DNA of 64,000 nucleotides, taken from Octopus vulgaris (lineage: Eukaryota). Numbering within the stretch: position 1 is the first letter of the stretch; the number at the start of each line of letters is the position of its first letter. The notes under the pieces are model-generated. The model did not search any database and was not told the origin of the DNA. It saw nothing but the letters and a program-made list of their open reading frames with translations. Below are positions 14,985 to 27,182 of this stretch, in pieces. The position numbers and the translations under genes were made by a program. Location of the stretch: the NCBI GenBank assembly GCA_951406725.2, contig OX597814.1, positions 108,438,001-108,502,000 on the forward strand, written 5' to 3'.

Positions 14985-15125
14985 TTATCTCACCAACTCC
15001 GGAAGAATAAAAAGAAAAGTCAACCTTGGTGGCATTTGAACGTAAAGAGCTGGAACAAATACCGCAGAATATTTGCGGTTCTTATATGGATTCTGCCGAT
15101 CCATTACTCTAAGAATGACGTCAGC
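14985..15125 (-). mobile_element. SINE family 2, degenerate
   Basis: Reverse complement resembles TACGTTCAAAT.CC.CC.AGGT.GACTTT...GATAAATTA of the 57252 copy. Confidence 0.55.
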
Positions 15126-15528
15126 AATTTTCTTTAACTTTTCCGATGAAAAAATAAAAATGACATCATCACAGAGCAATAAATGGATTACACCCTTTCC
15201 TAGTAAACAGCAAAATTCTTAAATATTAATCTTAAAACGTGGTAAAATTTGAATGAAGAAAACTATTGGAACTAAAAATTTTAATATTTTATGTTTAATT
15301 CAATAATTTAATCGATAAGTGAAGCGCAGACGTTTTAAGATTTGGTATATTCGTCTATGAAAGAAATTAAACGATTCGGAGAAAAGCCGTTTAAGAGATA
15401 ACTTCTCAAATATATATCCAGTATCATCGACATCTTAATTAACACTTGACAATTAAGAAAAGAGTAATGTTTAATTACTGTCTGCAAAATAGGCGCAGGA
15501 GTGGCTGTGTGGTAAGTAGCTCGCTTAC

Positions 15529-17586
15529 TACTAAGTTGTTGAGTCGCTTTTTTTACACTGAGAAAGTAACGTCATTTGACGTTAAAATTGAACATTTGAA
15601 GTGCGACTACAGGTAAGGCATTTGTTTTTGGGGAGCTTAGTAAGGTCCGTTGTCCGTATTGTTTATTATTTTTTCGAACAAGGGTCTCCACTGGGTTCCA
15701 GACATTTGTTTGTCAGTGGTCGTACTAAAAGACTCACTTTTTAGTGAGAATTGTGTGTATTTTCGGGAGGAGTGTCCCTCCGAAAATTTATGATTTTATG
15801 TGACTGTGTGCACTTCGTGGATTTTACCATTTGGAGTACAATCAGAATTGGAGGAATTTTTGACTGCTATTTTTGTGCTGCAAGGGATTTTTAACTGTGC
15901 TACGGGGGTTACTAGAGCTGAATTTTGTTGTCATTCGAACTGTCTTCCTTCGTTCTTTTTCTCTTGTCTGTCTTTCTGCTCTTTTTTGTGTTTGCATTAG
16001 AAACTTTTATTTGAGCATTTTTGATTTTGTAGTGGACTTTTATATTTTAGTCTATTTTATCAATGGCAACCAAATGTAAGGAACCCTTGGAGTTGCGAAT
16101 TGTGGCTCCCAAGGAGTGGCTAAAAAACTACGATGAGAGAATGGTGGTGTTGCGGACCTATTGCAAGGTCCGCGACACCATCTGTGTATTCTCTCAGGAT
16201 GAAATTGAAGAAGAGTTGGCGGGATTTGTGCTAACTTATAGGTTCATACGTAGGGGGGCAAAGTACGCAACGGTGTGCGTGCTTTTCGACACCCCTACAG
16301 AGGCTCAGAAATTTGCGAGCCAACCTATAAATGGGAGGAAGATTTTGTTTCTCCCCGTTTACGGTGGGCATAAATTGACAAGAGCCTGGGTGTGTGGGCT
16401 GCTGCCTGGTATAGAGGCTGAATGGATAGAAGATTCTATCCGTCGAGGCCTGGATGGTGGTCCTGCCAGGCTCTTGAATGTAAAAATACTGCTTGCAGTC
16501 GATTGGGTTGGGTCAAAAGCAATTTTGACCCTATGGGCCCAATCGGCTGAAGATCTGGTTTTACCAGATTTCTTGACAATGGCCGGTTCCAGGCACCCAG
16601 TGATCATTGAGGGACGCCCCCCCCCCCAGTATCAGCTGTGCCTGGAATCAGGGCACATGAAGAACTGTTACCGGACCAGGCGAAGGTCCTGGAACAGTTG
16701 ATTGGTGATGACTGTAATCCCCCTGTTCTCCCAACGGAGCCTCCTGCTCCTTCATTGGAAGGAGAGAGGGAGAAAGTTGAGGAGGAGGTAATCTCCTCGA
16801 GAAAAGGTACTAAGAGAAAGAAAGTGGGCAACAATGGTTGCCCACCGATGGACTCTCAGGTGGCGGGAGGAGAGGAGGAACCTCGGACATGTCGGAGGAA
16901 CTCTAGCCTCCGTCGCAAAACGGAAAAAAGAAGAAAAAGAAAAACGAGGCATTGCCGGCGACTGCATGTCCCGAAATGCCTTCGGTGGGTTGTCTGCCAC
17001 CGGAGGGGCACCGATCAAGGTAGTTGAGGTCCCTCTCAATGAAAGTAATGAGTAATTTGTATTCCTCTATCGCAGGGGAGGGGCGATTGAGGAGTATGTG
17101 GAAAATAATCTTGATAGTCGGGTTCTGATGGATCCGATTTTTATTGACAGTCGAGTGGCCTTCGCAGGTGCCTGCACTGGTACTGGAAAGAAAATATTTT
17201 TTCCACAGGTCAAGATCCTTCCCAAAGGAGGACTACAGATTACTTTTTTTAGCTCCGATTGGCGGTTGCAGGAATACCTGCAGGCCACAAAAGAGTTAAT
17301 TGAGGGAGTAATGTAAGAGGTTTATCGCCTCCATATGTATAAAATTTGTTTCCTTTGTGATGGACTTCTAGTCCAGTTTTTTTGTATATATTTGTAAGAG
17401 GTTTAATACCTCTTTATATGATGTTTTTAACGAACAATGTTTTATAGAAGCAGAGGGTCGGTGGGCGCTTTCTGTCTTCTCCCATCTTCATCATCTTGTA
17501 TTATTATCATTCGCCTCATCAATGTCTTGTCCAGCCCACAAAGCTACATACCTGTGTACTGCCTTTATGGAAAATGATATAAAATA
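15529..17586 (+). mobile_element. ORF1-only non-autonomous retroelement (HAL1-like) with 15-bp TSD
   Basis: TSD 15514-15528 / 17587-17601; A-rich 3' end with AATAAA; one disrupted gag-like ORF, no RT or endonuclease. Confidence 0.8.
16063..17316 (+). pseudogene. Disrupted Tx1/L1-type ORF1 (gag-like) protein, about 417 codons
   Basis: ORFs 16063, 16834 and 17098 share one frame, bridged by the 16638 frame; VIIEGRPP followed by degenerate zinc knuckle (Y)QLCLESGHMKNC; stop at 17053. Confidence 0.65.
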
Positions 17587-17727
17587 AAGTAGCTTGCTTA
17601 CGAACCACATGGTTCCGGGTTCAATCCCACTGCGTGGCACCTTGGGCAAGTGTCTTCAACTATAACCTTGTGCCGAACAAAGCCTCGTGAGTGGATTTGG
17701 TAGACGGAAATTGAAAGAAGCCCGTCG

Positions 17728-17778
<51 letters not shown>

Positions 17779-18032
17779 CCTACTATCGCTTGACAAACGA
17801 TGTTGGTGGGTTCACGTCCCCGTAACTTAGCGGTTCGGCAAAAGAGAGCGATAGAATAAGTACTAGGCTTACAAAGAATAAGAACTGGGGTCGATTTGTT
17901 CAACTAAAGGCGGTGCTCCAACATGGCCACAGTCAAATGACTGAAACAAATAAAAGAAGAGTATTTACACGATTCCGTTGACGCCTTTAACTGGACTGGC
18001 TTAGTGACAGGCCACAAGTAAATAGGCGTTAG

Positions 18033-18097
<65 letters not shown>

Positions 18098-18101
<4 letters not shown>

Positions 18102-18800
18102 GAGAGATTGTATTGGGTAACTCGTGAGGCTGCTCATGAGTATTGCTGTTAACATAGAATCCAGTACAACCTATTGCATAGTCGGGCCGTCGGCGACTAA
18201 ACCGACACCCCCACTAGGTTTGTCTGGTGAGGAGGGTTGTTAGAAACCCCGCAGGGATAAAAACAAGACCTGTCAAAAACATGAATAAAACTAGTGTAAG
18301 TTCAACGACTATCTAGGACTAGTTAAGGGAACGCGGCAGGAGCTGTCCGCCATGGGCGGCACTTTTGGGTCTGATGTAGGCAATGTGTGTTTTTTGTGGG
18401 GTCCAGGAGCGGCAAACGGAAGGGTCGCCCCTAGCGGCACAGACTCTAGCTACGCTAGTGTATCTACGAATAGCACAGTCTCTTGGAAATTCCGGGTTGG
18501 TGTCCGATGTGCTGGAAGACCACTAGGAGTGAGACACCCCTTAGCTTTTGTTAAAGCATGTCTCTAGAACTCGCTTCAATCCCAAAGTGTGTATGCATGT
18601 GAGCGGGGACCACATGTAAACTTGTAGTCTCATTGAAAAAATGTGTTCGGAGGTGAGATTGGATTAGATGGGTGCTAATGAAGGGACAACCCCCATCCCC
18701 CACATAGGGACAAGGACCAGGGCGTACCCTCAAGGTACGGAGGTCATAATATAAGTGGAAGGGTATTGCCAAAGAAACGTGAACAGTGAGTAGATGAAAA
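18098..18800 (+). mobile_element. Probable RTE-clade LINE 5' UTR fragment
   Basis: GGCGACTAAAC...GGTGAGGAGGG...AACAAGACCTGTCAAA resembles RTE 5' leaders (from memory); diverged homolog at 57590-57735(-). Confidence 0.45.
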
Positions 18801-18956
18801 TTTTACAAGTCAGCGACATATATTTATTGCAAATATAAGAGGAGAGAAATATGTTTTATTTAATTTATATCAACGTAATAAATATTACGGAGATGTACTT
18901 GCATAGCAAGTGGCCTGATCTGAGATCGTGTGCTGGAAAGAAAACAACTGCAGCGT

Positions 18957-19199
18957 TTATAAGCCATTTAAGAAACACACAAAAACCCTTAGATTCACTT
19001 CAACATTTAAATTTGATTTGTCAAATTATTTTCGTCGCTTTCAGACCGCGACCTGTCCACTGACAAAATTTCGTGCAGCACGGAATTTTGTCAGTGGACA
19101 GGTCGTGGTCTGAAAGCGACGAAAATATTTTGACAAATCAAATTTAAATGTTGAAGTGAATCTAAGGGTTTTTGTGTGTTTCTTAAATGGCTTATAAAT
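18957..19199. repeat. ~243-bp near-perfect palindrome (foldback element)
   Basis: Arms of ~120 bp with essentially no spacer, centred near 19078; a half copy lies at 53945-54030. Confidence 0.9.
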
Positions 19200-19439
19200 A
19201 CCTTCCACGCTGCTGTTGTAATAAATGTTTTTCTCTGGAAATTATGTATTACATTAACTGATATTAGAAGCAGGAAAGTATTGTATGTATGCCTTATTTC
19301 CTGGTATTACTTATTATGGTAGCAAAAGTTTACTTGAAAAGTTACCAGTCGTTAACACACACACACACACACAAAAGCATACACACACAAACATACACAC
19401 ACAAACATACACACATATATATATCACTTTCTCTTACTC

Positions 19440-19475
19440 CTTTCTGTTGAGGAGCGTAGGCTCAAAACGTAAAAG
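19440..19475 (+). ncRNA. Hammerhead-like motif, A6U family (family C), G12 mutated
   Basis: cttt-CTGTTGA-G-GAGC-gtag-GCTC-AAA-ACGT-A-aaag. Confidence 0.5.
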
Positions 19476-19604
19476 ACTTTTTCATCTTTCATTTTCCCGA
19501 GTGTCAAACTAATACACCTGCTTCTTGTTCATACACCTGTCTTCGTCTTTTTTTTTTTTTGTAAATTTCACCTATGTATGTATATATGTATGTATATTCA
19601 TTTA

Positions 19605-19815
19605 TTCTTTTATTCTTTTATTTGCTTCAGTCATTTGACTGTGGCTATGCTGGAGCACCGCTTTTAGTCGAACAAATCGACATCAGAACTTATTCCTTGT
19701 AAGCCTAGTAATTATTCTATCGGTTCTTTGTTGAACCGCTAAGTTACGGGGACGTAAACACACCAGCATCGATTGTCAAGCGATGGTGGAGGTGGGGACA
19801 AACACAGACACACAA
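19605..19815 (-). mobile_element. SINE family 1, 3' half
   Basis: Reverse complement of CATCGCTTGACAA.CGATG...CAAATGACTGAA. Confidence 0.85.
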
Positions 19816-19835
19816 ACACACAAACATACGTATAT

Positions 19836-19976
<141 letters not shown>

Positions 19977-20044
19977 TACATACATACACACACGCATATG
20001 TACATGGGTGTGTGTGTGTGTGTGTGTGTATCTGCTTGTCTGTG

Positions 20045-20888
20045 TTTATGCGTGTGAAGTGCTATCGTACGAAACTTCCAGCCCTTGTGTTCTCTTTTTC
20101 ACTGATCTTCAGCTTTATGTTAACATCCACTGGGCAGCTGATTTCCACAACTGTACACAGTTTCTCTTCTCTATCCCAAATCGTTATATCAGGTCCGTTG
20201 TGTTTACTTTTTATTAAGGTCTTCACTGGGACATTCCACCCATACTGTTGGTTCTTATTTCTTTACTGTCGAGGTTATCCTTCGACGGATCTCATTATAC
20301 AGTGTCCTTGCTACCCCATCATCTTTTATCGGTAGATAATACCGTGATGACATTTTCGGGCAACTGCTTATGATGTGGGTGATATCTTCAGTGTTAACTC
20401 CACAAAGTCTGCATCCATTGTCACATTTTATTGCTTTTCTGCATCTCAATCCCTTTTGTGCATCAGGTACTTGGTTGATATTTCCTGTTCCTGGATAGCA
20501 AATGTATACCCATTAAAGTGGGAGGTAGTAATCCAGCCACTGGCCCATGATAGACTGCTTTGATGATCGATGTTACTATCATCTCGGAGTTTTCTACTAT
20601 CATATCTATGCATAGTCTCCTGCTCATATAGGTTCATCCTTTCATCTGATGATACGTTGCCGTAGAGTCGTGCGATTTCTTTGGGCATGTATTCTAGGTT
20701 ATCAGACAAAGAATGTTTCTCAAGGAGTTGCCTTCCAACTCTTATGATGTTATCAGTCTCATATATGCAAAAATCGTCAAGAGATGCACTTCAACACTTG
20801 GTGGTTAAAAGGTGTTTCCGAAGGGATATGATGCGACATTCGAAGATAATTTGGATCGATGTTAAGCCTCTGCCACCTTGTTTTCGTT
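20045..20888 (-). mobile_element. R4/Dong-like RLE LINE fragment, decayed
   Basis: GGRGLTSIQ, FAIQEQEISTKYL, CRLCGVNTEDITHIISSCP motifs. Confidence 0.85.
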
Positions 20889-21089
20889 TGCATGTGTGTA
20901 TGTATATGTGTGTGTGTGTATATATATATGTGTATGTATATGTATATATATATGTATGTATGCATGCATGCGTGTGAGTGTGTATGTATGTATGTATGTA
21001 TGTATGTATGTATGTATGTATGTATGTATGTATGTATGTATGTATGTATGTATGTATGTATGTATGTATTTACGTACGTATGTATGTAT

Positions 21090-21305
21090 GAGGGAGCAAG
21101 TGTTCTACGAAAGCATATATTGTTGTTAAACGCTCGAAATACGAGACTAGAAAAGCAGCCAACAACTGATGAAGGGTCGTTCTTTATGTTGTTTGTTTTA
21201 TTTCTATTTGTGTCATTCGTTGTTCGAAAGAATTGTTCATGTTCCATGTACTCGTGCTTCGTACTTTTTTGTTGTACACGTTTCCTGACGTCCTGTGCCC
21301 ACATA
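21090..21305 (+). repeat. Interspersed repeat with degenerate hammerhead-like motif; copy at 47885-48150
   Basis: Both copies share CGAAAGC...GCT(C/T)GAAATACGA.ACTAGAAAA.CAGCCAA.AACTGATGAAGG. Confidence 0.7.
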
Positions 21306-21397
<92 letters not shown>

Positions 21398-21474
21398 TAT
21401 AGATGTAAGTATGTACATATACGTATGTATATATGCATATATATATATATATTATTCATGTTATGATATATATA

Positions 21475-21548
<74 letters not shown>

Positions 21549-21576
21549 TGTATGTATGTATGTATGTATGTATAAA

Positions 21577-21868
21577 GGAACGTGGCCCAGTGGTTATTGT
21601 TGCATTCATGATCGTTGGATCGTGTGTACGATAAGAGGACGGAGCGACTCGTAGTGTTCTTGAGCAAAGCACTTCATTTCATGTTGCTCCAGTCCATTCA
21701 GCTATAAATGTGTAACCTGCGACGGACTAACCTTCCGATCAGGGGGAATGCTGGCATGCTCGCCCAGCCAATGGGGTAGTATCATTCGAAAGCTAAAATC
21801 TATGCAAGAGTGCATTATGGCCAGCGATGTATAACACCATCTGATATCCCGGTGGATCACGTGATTAC
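21577..21868 (+). mobile_element. SINE family 3 (tRNA-like head, tail ending CACGTGAT)
   Basis: A-box-like GTGGCCCAGTGGTTA; tail shared with 46492-46560(-). Confidence 0.7.
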
Positions 21869-22075
21869 GATATATATGTACATATCATGTATGCAAGCTG
21901 TGCTCTTTGGCTCTGTTTGTGAAGACTACGAGGTTATCAGCTCTCATTTTTCTGTACTCTTACCTCTGAAGACGGCCAGCAGGGTAATCAAATAATAATA
22001 ATTACTTTCTAATTAAGGAAAGTTAATCAACTTGACTCTGTTTTATGACAATTTGAGAGACACAAGCAAAATATC

Positions 22076-22107
<32 letters not shown>

Positions 22108-22324
22108 AGTTGATCGATTGAATGACCCGGACCAAACAGAAGTAAATTAGCCTTATTTAGAAGACGTCCCCGAATTGCTGTCGTACCTGGATAACAGACC
22201 CAACAAAACAGCGACGACCAGAAAAATCACAGAGAAAGTTGTTGTTACGAGAGAGGAACGAATAAATTATCTGCCATTACTATCTATCATAGTCTGTCTG
22301 TGTGTCGTCGTCAGATGGTGAATA

Positions 22325-23297
22325 GTGCTGCTGCCGCTGCTACTGCTGCTGCTGTGACTGCTGCTGCTGCTGCTGCTGCTGCCACTGCTGCTACTGCTAC
22401 TGCTACTGCTGCTGCTGTGATATCTAAATAACATCGGATTGGGTATCGGAATAACGGAATAAGCGAAGACGTAGGGTGGGGGAGAGAAGGCAGAGAAAGA
22501 AGACGGGAAGGATACAAGGAGAGGGAGAGAGGAGGAAAGGGAGTGGTGGGTAGAAAAGAGAGAGAGATGATGATGACGATGATGATGACCGTGGGGAAGA
22601 GGAAGGGAATGCGTGTTAAAAGGGTGGGGATTGACAATGACGACCATTATGTGATCATGACGAAGGAGCAAGTGGAAAGAAAAACAAAGCGATGAAAAAG
22701 CGAGTGCGAAGACTGCGATGATGATGATGATGATGAGGAGGAGGAGGAGGAAGGCAACGACGACGATGAGGATGATGACAAAAGGAAAGAAGAAAAATGA
22801 AGGATATGAAAAAAGAAGAATAGATAAAGAAGGAAGAGAATGAATAAGAGGATGAAGAAGAAGGTGGAAAGGAGAGGGAGGAAGAGGAGAGGAGGAGAAG
22901 AACGAAGAGAAGGAAGAAGAAGAAGAGAAAGAAGAACAGGAAGAAGAAGATAAAGGACGAGGAGATGAAGGAAGATGAGGGGGAATGAGAAGGAAGAAGA
23001 GAAGGGAGGATGAGGAAGAGGCGGAGGAGAAGGAGGAGGGAATAAGAAGGCAGAAGTAGAAAATGAAGAAAACGAGAATGAAGAAGAGAAAGAAGGAGGA
23101 CGAGGGGGAAGAAGAAGAAGAAGAAGAAGAAGAAGAAGAAGAAGAAGAAGAAGAAGAAGAAGAAGCAGAAGAAGAAGAAGAAGAAGAAGAAGAAGAAGAA
23201 GAAGAAGAAGAAGAAGAAGAAGAAGAAGAAGAAGAAGAAGAAGAAGAAGAAGAAGAAGAAGAAGAAGAAGAAGAAGAAGAAGAAGAAGAAGAAGAAA
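22325..23297. repeat. (CTG)n followed by a long polypurine tract ending in (GAA)n
   Basis: Seen directly; (GAA)n from 23108 to 23296. Confidence 0.95.
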
Positions 23298-23672
23298 ATC
23301 GATAATTATCTGTTTGCAATAACAAACATCATATAGACTGACTTATCGTTGTCATAGCAACGCTGTCAGTGAATTCAGTGCTTCTAACATAGGTATGAAG
23401 ACGGTTGAGAGTACACACACGCACACACACACACAACACACACACACACAAGCACACACGTAAACATATTTACATACGTATACATACATACACACACATA
23501 TATATGTATGTATGTATATATGCATATATATATGTTTATATATATATATATGTTATATATATATATATACATATGCATACAGACACACACATATATAATT
23601 ATATGCATACATATACATATATATATGTAAATGATTAATATACAGGTGTGTATATATCTATCAATCTACCTG

Positions 23673-23721
<49 letters not shown>

Positions 23722-23736
23722 ATATATATATGTATG

Positions 23737-23777
<41 letters not shown>

Positions 23778-23853
23778 CATACATATATGTGCATATGTAT
23801 TATGTATGTATACATATATACTTATATATGCATATACACATATACATACATAC

Positions 23854-23886
<33 letters not shown>

Positions 23887-24302
23887 CATACATACATACA
23901 TACATACATACATACATACATACACACACATATGCACACACATGACATCTGCGCGTGTACTTCGACACTCAAACGAATGCAATAATCACATATTCACACC
24001 ATAAGACGAATGTGCATACGCACGTACGTATATATACATGCAATCATATTCGGGTGCAGGCACTCAGACACACGTTATACACGCGCGTGCGCACGCACAC
24101 GCACACATATACACACACTGATACACTGACATACTCTCTCCTACTCTTACTTTCCCCCTTTCTGTTCAACGCAGCATATGCACAGACGTGTCCGAGTGTG
24201 CGCAGGCGCATAGGGACACACAGATACGCACACGTACGTGCGTGAGCGCTTACATATACATTCATACACTCACGCACGAACGAAGGCACAAACGCGCACA
24301 CA

Positions 24303-24363
24303 CGCATACGTGTCTTTGTTTCAGCAAAATATATATGCAGATGCACACACGCACACTCACTCA

Positions 24364-24430
<67 letters not shown>

Positions 24431-25015
24431 CTCACACATCTACCGAGAGAAACACATACATTCTGCCATTAAATGAACACACACACACAACATTCATGCT
24501 CACACGCACACACACAAACGCACACACACACACACACACGCATACGTGTCTTTGTTTCACCAAAATATACATGCACACACGCACACACACACACACGTAT
24601 AACTCACACATCTACCGAGAGAAACACACATACATACTGCCATTAAATGTACTCACACACACACACAGGCATTCATGCACACACGCACACACACACGCAC
24701 ACACACACACACGCACACACACACGCACACACACACACACACGCATACGTGTCTTTGTTTCACCAAAATATACATGCACACACGCACACACACACACACA
24801 TGTATAACTCACACATCTACCGAGAGAAACACATACATACTGCCATTAAATGTACACACACACACAGGCATTCATGCACACACGCACACACGCACACGCA
24901 TATGTGTCTTTGTTTCACCAAAATATACATGCACACACACACACACACACGTATAATTGACACATCTACTGAGAGAATCACACACACACATACATATATA
25001 CTGCCATCAAATATA
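24303..25015. repeat. Four-copy tandem repeat of variable length with embedded (CA)n
   Basis: GTGTCTTTGTTTCA.CAAAATATA...CACATCTAC.GAGAGAA...CTGCCAT.AAAT recurs near 24310, 24547, 24749 and 24905. Confidence 0.85.
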
Positions 25016-25334
25016 TATACACACATTCACACACATTCACACACACTCACACACACATATACATTCATGCACACACACACGTATACATTCAAGCACGCAC
25101 ACGATCAATCGAAACACGCACATACACATGTATATAAGACAACTGCCAATAACCGCACATACACACACATATACATATGCACGCACATAGATATATACAC
25201 AAACACAACACAGTTATATATACATACACACGCATCATACCGTCAAGTAATATATATGTCATGTTAGCAGTGTGTGTGTGTGTGTTTGTGCGTGTGTGTG
25301 CGTGTGTGTGTGTGTTTGTGCGTGTGTGTGCGTG

Positions 25335-25367
<33 letters not shown>

Positions 25368-26864
25368 AATGTGTGGAATGAGGCTGCTCTCATTATCTGC
25401 CATCTACGCTGAATATTGATTTTTCCAACTGGTACACGGCCTCGGAGACAAGAGGAGGAGGAGGAAGGGGAGGGGGATTTTGTAGCATTCATGCATTCCT
25501 GAAAATGGAAAGATATACTGGAAAACCTGAAACTACGAATCTCTAAGAGCCTAAACCAAATCGCAAAACTGCTTGGTCTAAAGTTTAGTCCTCCCCTCAG
25601 ACAATTGTAATATCGACATAAAAAAAAAACAAATTAAAACCCTTCAATTTTAGAGTCTGACTGGAAAATTTCATCCTAAGTTACCTGCCTCAAAGCGCCA
25701 TCGTGGATCTAGTTTCGTGCCAGGTAATTTCGTACGTGTGGCCCCCTCCACATGCACACACAATAAACACTCTGGAACACGTCCAGTTCCCATTAAAACC
25801 CCAAAATAAACGGTCAAAAATTCTTCCTGTTACATTACTGACCGCTATACGACCTCGTCTGTGCCCCCACTCCACCCAACAGACATGCATACACACAGAC
25901 ACAGGCGCGAGCACACATATTTTCATTTAGATAATACTTTCACGCCTCCCACTCAAACCTTCCTCAAAGCCAGTGTTATCTACAGATAACCACTTCATGC
26001 AAAGCCATCAATACTTAGAAACATGCTTCGACAGGAACACAGTAATCAAGTCTCCTTCAACAGTGTGACGACATGAAACAAGAATATTGGCAGAGTCCCA
26101 TACACCAACGAAATCGAACCCAGATCACTTGTTCAGATGTAAAAATAATTAAATATCACAAACAGAATTCTGACCAGGATTGATGACGTCAGCAAACAAT
26201 TGGCCATTCAATTCACTGATAAATACATTAAGAACTTGTTTTTATTTGTTGCTAGTTGACCAGCAAAAAAAAAAAAAAAACCCAAAACCCCCCAAACAAA
26301 CAAACAATAGATCCAGCAAATCTTTAACTCATTAGATCTCAATTGTAATAAACAATATACGGGATTGTTATTAACGATTTTGTCTCTGGAGCCTTTCTTT
26401 GACAAACTGTGTCCGTATAAAAATGGTTTTCCTGTAACTAGTCAGTGGTCGTACACAGCTAAATCACTGGCTGCAAAGATTTACACCACTCAACTTCACC
26501 TTCAGAATTCGATGACAACTACAACTTACCATCATTGCTGACACATATATTCATCATGGGCATGCTTATGATTCACTGACTGTCATCACGTAGCTTTTAT
26601 TCTGTCATCGCCAGAACCGCAACCAAAATAATCTCTTTAGTTACAAACATAATCACTACAAATATCAAAACAACAGTCTCGTTGCGCTGTACCACTTCCT
26701 ATAACTTCAACCCAACCTTTGTATGTACCGCACCTTATCTATGTATAACAACAATTAAAGAACTCAAAGTAACTGGAAATGTTAGGTTTCAAAACCCATG
26801 GACGTCCTCCAAGCCAATTTCGTCTCACACATGTACACTTTACAATTTCAAGTATTCTTTCAGT

Positions 26865-27182
26865 ATGACCTTCCACATATAAACCTTTCAATCCTCAATG
26901 ATCTCCCATATATAAACCTTTCAATCCCCAATGATCTCCCATATATAAACTTTTCCATCCCCGATGATCTCCCGCTTATAAACCTTTCAATCCCCAATGA
27001 TCTTCCGTATATAAACCTTTTTATCCCCGATGATCTCCCATATATAAACCTTTCAATCCCCAATGATCTCCCATATATAAACCTCTCAATCCCCGATGAT
27101 CTCCCATATATAAACCTCTCAATCCCAATGATCTCCCGTATATAAACTTCTCAAAGCCCGGTGATCTTTCGTATATACACCT
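26865..27182. repeat. 33-bp minisatellite, about 9.5 copies
   Basis: Unit ATGATCTCCCATATATAAACCTTTCAATCCCC(A/G). Confidence 0.95.

Larger units (their letters stand above)
15491..17958 (+). mobile_element. SINE family 1 copy split by a 2.06-kb insertion (pieces 15491-15528 and 17587-17958)
   Basis: Head resumes exactly at 17587 after the duplicated AAGTAGCT(C/T)GCTTAC. Confidence 0.9.

Noticed and set aside
22267-23325. 352-aa minus-strand ORF and other long low-complexity ORFs (poly-[17 protein letters not shown])
   Set aside because: They are translations of microsatellites that lack stop codons, with no domain content
26865-27182. CRISPR-like array
   Set aside because: Units are contiguous with no unique spacers, there are no cas genes, and the context is eukaryotic
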